DNA of 39,345 nt from a virus, in UHGV virus genome UHGV-1828728; one strand, 5' to 3'. This document shows, piece after piece, positions 37,882-39,345 of the stretch. Position numbers and translations under genes: made by a program. The notes under the pieces are model-generated. The model did no database searches, was not told the origin of the DNA, and was given only the letters and a program-made list of their open reading frames with translations. Numbering within the stretch: the first letter of the stretch is position 1; every line of letters begins with the position of its first letter.

Positions 37882-39099
37882 ATGCCAACTGAATATGCTC
37901 GCGACAACCTTGGTCGCTATCAGACCGATGGATTAAGTGCAAAAGACTTTAACAAGGTCTTCGATCTTATCCGTAAACAGCAGCGTCAGAATCGGCGAAA
38001 CGCGCGGCGTACACTCACCCCAAGGATTATGGGGATGCGTAACCGCGAACTTGAGGCATTCCTCAGCCTTGGGAAAAAGAAAGATGGCACCTACTTTACG
38101 CCCGAAGATATACGCAGTTTCAACACCTCAAGGCAGGCTCATAAAACCAAATTCAAGAGCACGGTACCCGGCATTACCTATGCTCAGCTGGTGGCGCAGT
38201 CCACCAGCATTGATATAAAACGCGCTAACAACAAAGTTTCTGATGGCACAGGGATCAAAGCCGCGACATTCCTCGGGCTAAAACACAACCTTGCATTGAT
38301 ATCTGTTAATGCCTCGGATGAGTCGGTCCACCAGCATCACCGTGTCAGAATTCGATTTGAGGAATGGGATAAAGCCGTTGAGGAAATTGCTGAAGACGGT
38401 GCGAAAAAAGCCCGAATCGCTGCCGATCTCTGCAAGGGCCGGGTATCTTTCGACTGTGATTGTGGACGCCATCAATACTGGTATCGTTATATGGCCACGG
38501 CTGGTAACTATGCTGTCGCGCCGCCAAAAGAGTATGCATTCCCCAAAATCCGCAACCCTGATCTGACTGGTGTGGCTTGCAAACATGTTTTGCACGCTAT
38601 GACACGTTTTCAGTCTCCCACATGGCACAAGGCCATCATTATTGCCCTGGAAAAAGCAGCTGAACAGGTAGCCTTCGGCGATGACAAGCGGAAGACAACA
38701 ACCTATTTCAAAGGCGAACTGGCTAAATCGCTCGCGCGCAACCGGACAACAACGACGGATCAGGCTAAAGCTGCGCGTGAGTATGAGCTGTATCTGAAAT
38801 CTCAGGATGCATTAGGCAAAAAACTACGCGCAAAAGATAGCGCCACGGACAACGTTCGCCGGTTGTTAAAAAAAGCTCGCACCACGGCAAACAGGAAGAA
38901 TGCCGAACTAAAAGCATCGCGGGTGAGGGAAGCCCAGGCTCGCGCTGAAGCCGACGCCCTCAAAAAAGCCCTGCAAACGCAGGCGAACAACCTCATAAAG
39001 TTTTTCATGAGTCAGGGAATGGACAAGGCCGCTGCCACTGCGCAGGCGCGAAGCATTCTTGAGACACAAATTAACGAAGCCCGTAAACGGAAAGGATAA
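37882..39099 (+). CDS. hypothetical protein with SWIM-like zinc finger
   Basis: 405 aa; CDCGRH...ACKH pattern (CxCxnCxH); ATG with AAGGGA SD. Confidence 0.6.
   Translation: MPTEYARDNLGRYQTDGLSAKDFNKVFDLIRKQQRQNRRNARRTLTPRIMGMRNRELEAFLSLGKKKDGTYFTPEDIRSFNTSRQAHKTKFKSTVPGITYAQLVAQSTSIDIKRANNKVSDGTGIKAATFLGLKHNLALISVNASDESVHQHHRVRIRFEEWDKAVEEIAEDGAKKARIAADLCKGRVSFDCDCGRHQYWYRYMATAGNYAVAPPKEYAFPKIRNPDLTGVACKHVLHAMTRFQSPTWHKAIIIALEKAAEQVAFGDDKRKTTTYFKGELAKSLARNRTTTTDQAKAAREYELYLKSQDALGKKLRAKDSATDNVRRLLKKARTTANRKNAELKASRVREAQARAEADALKKALQTQANNLIKFFMSQGMDKAAATAQARSILETQINEARKRKG

Positions 39100-39345
<246 letters not shown>

Overview
This window reads as a P1-like temperate phage/phage-plasmid (Punavirus-type) segment spanning the loxP 'map origin' in inverted orientation; all gene names are assigned from memory of P1, with no database search run. 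Recognised landmarks are an exact 34-bp loxP (17132-17165), cre, cra, ref, a mat-like gene, the immC genes coi and c1, pacA/pacB with an internal pac site, lpa, pdcB/pdcA, the phd-doc addiction module, humD with a LexA box, hot, ppp, and ssb, lyz, pro, prt and the 2238-aa darB with ulx/lxc. About 14 sites resembling the C1 operator (ATTGCTCTAATAAATTT) sit at gene 5' ends. The main candidate for a novel system is at 12021-13681, the slot between mat and lxc where P1 carries the EcoP1I res-mod genes. Here it holds a 1.66-kb AT-rich cassette of two translationally coupled minus-strand genes: an unrecognisable 346-aa protein and a 169-aa protein with a nucleoside 2-deoxyribosyltransferase-like motif. 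I interpret it as a candidate two-gene defence or counter-defence module; function is inference only. Secondary observations include a 10-mer (GATTGATTGG) repeated four times at gene 5' ends, a possible small RNA, a tandem partial duplication, unannotated small hydrophobic peptide ORFs and several regulatory hairpins. No rRNA, CRISPR array or IS element was recognised.
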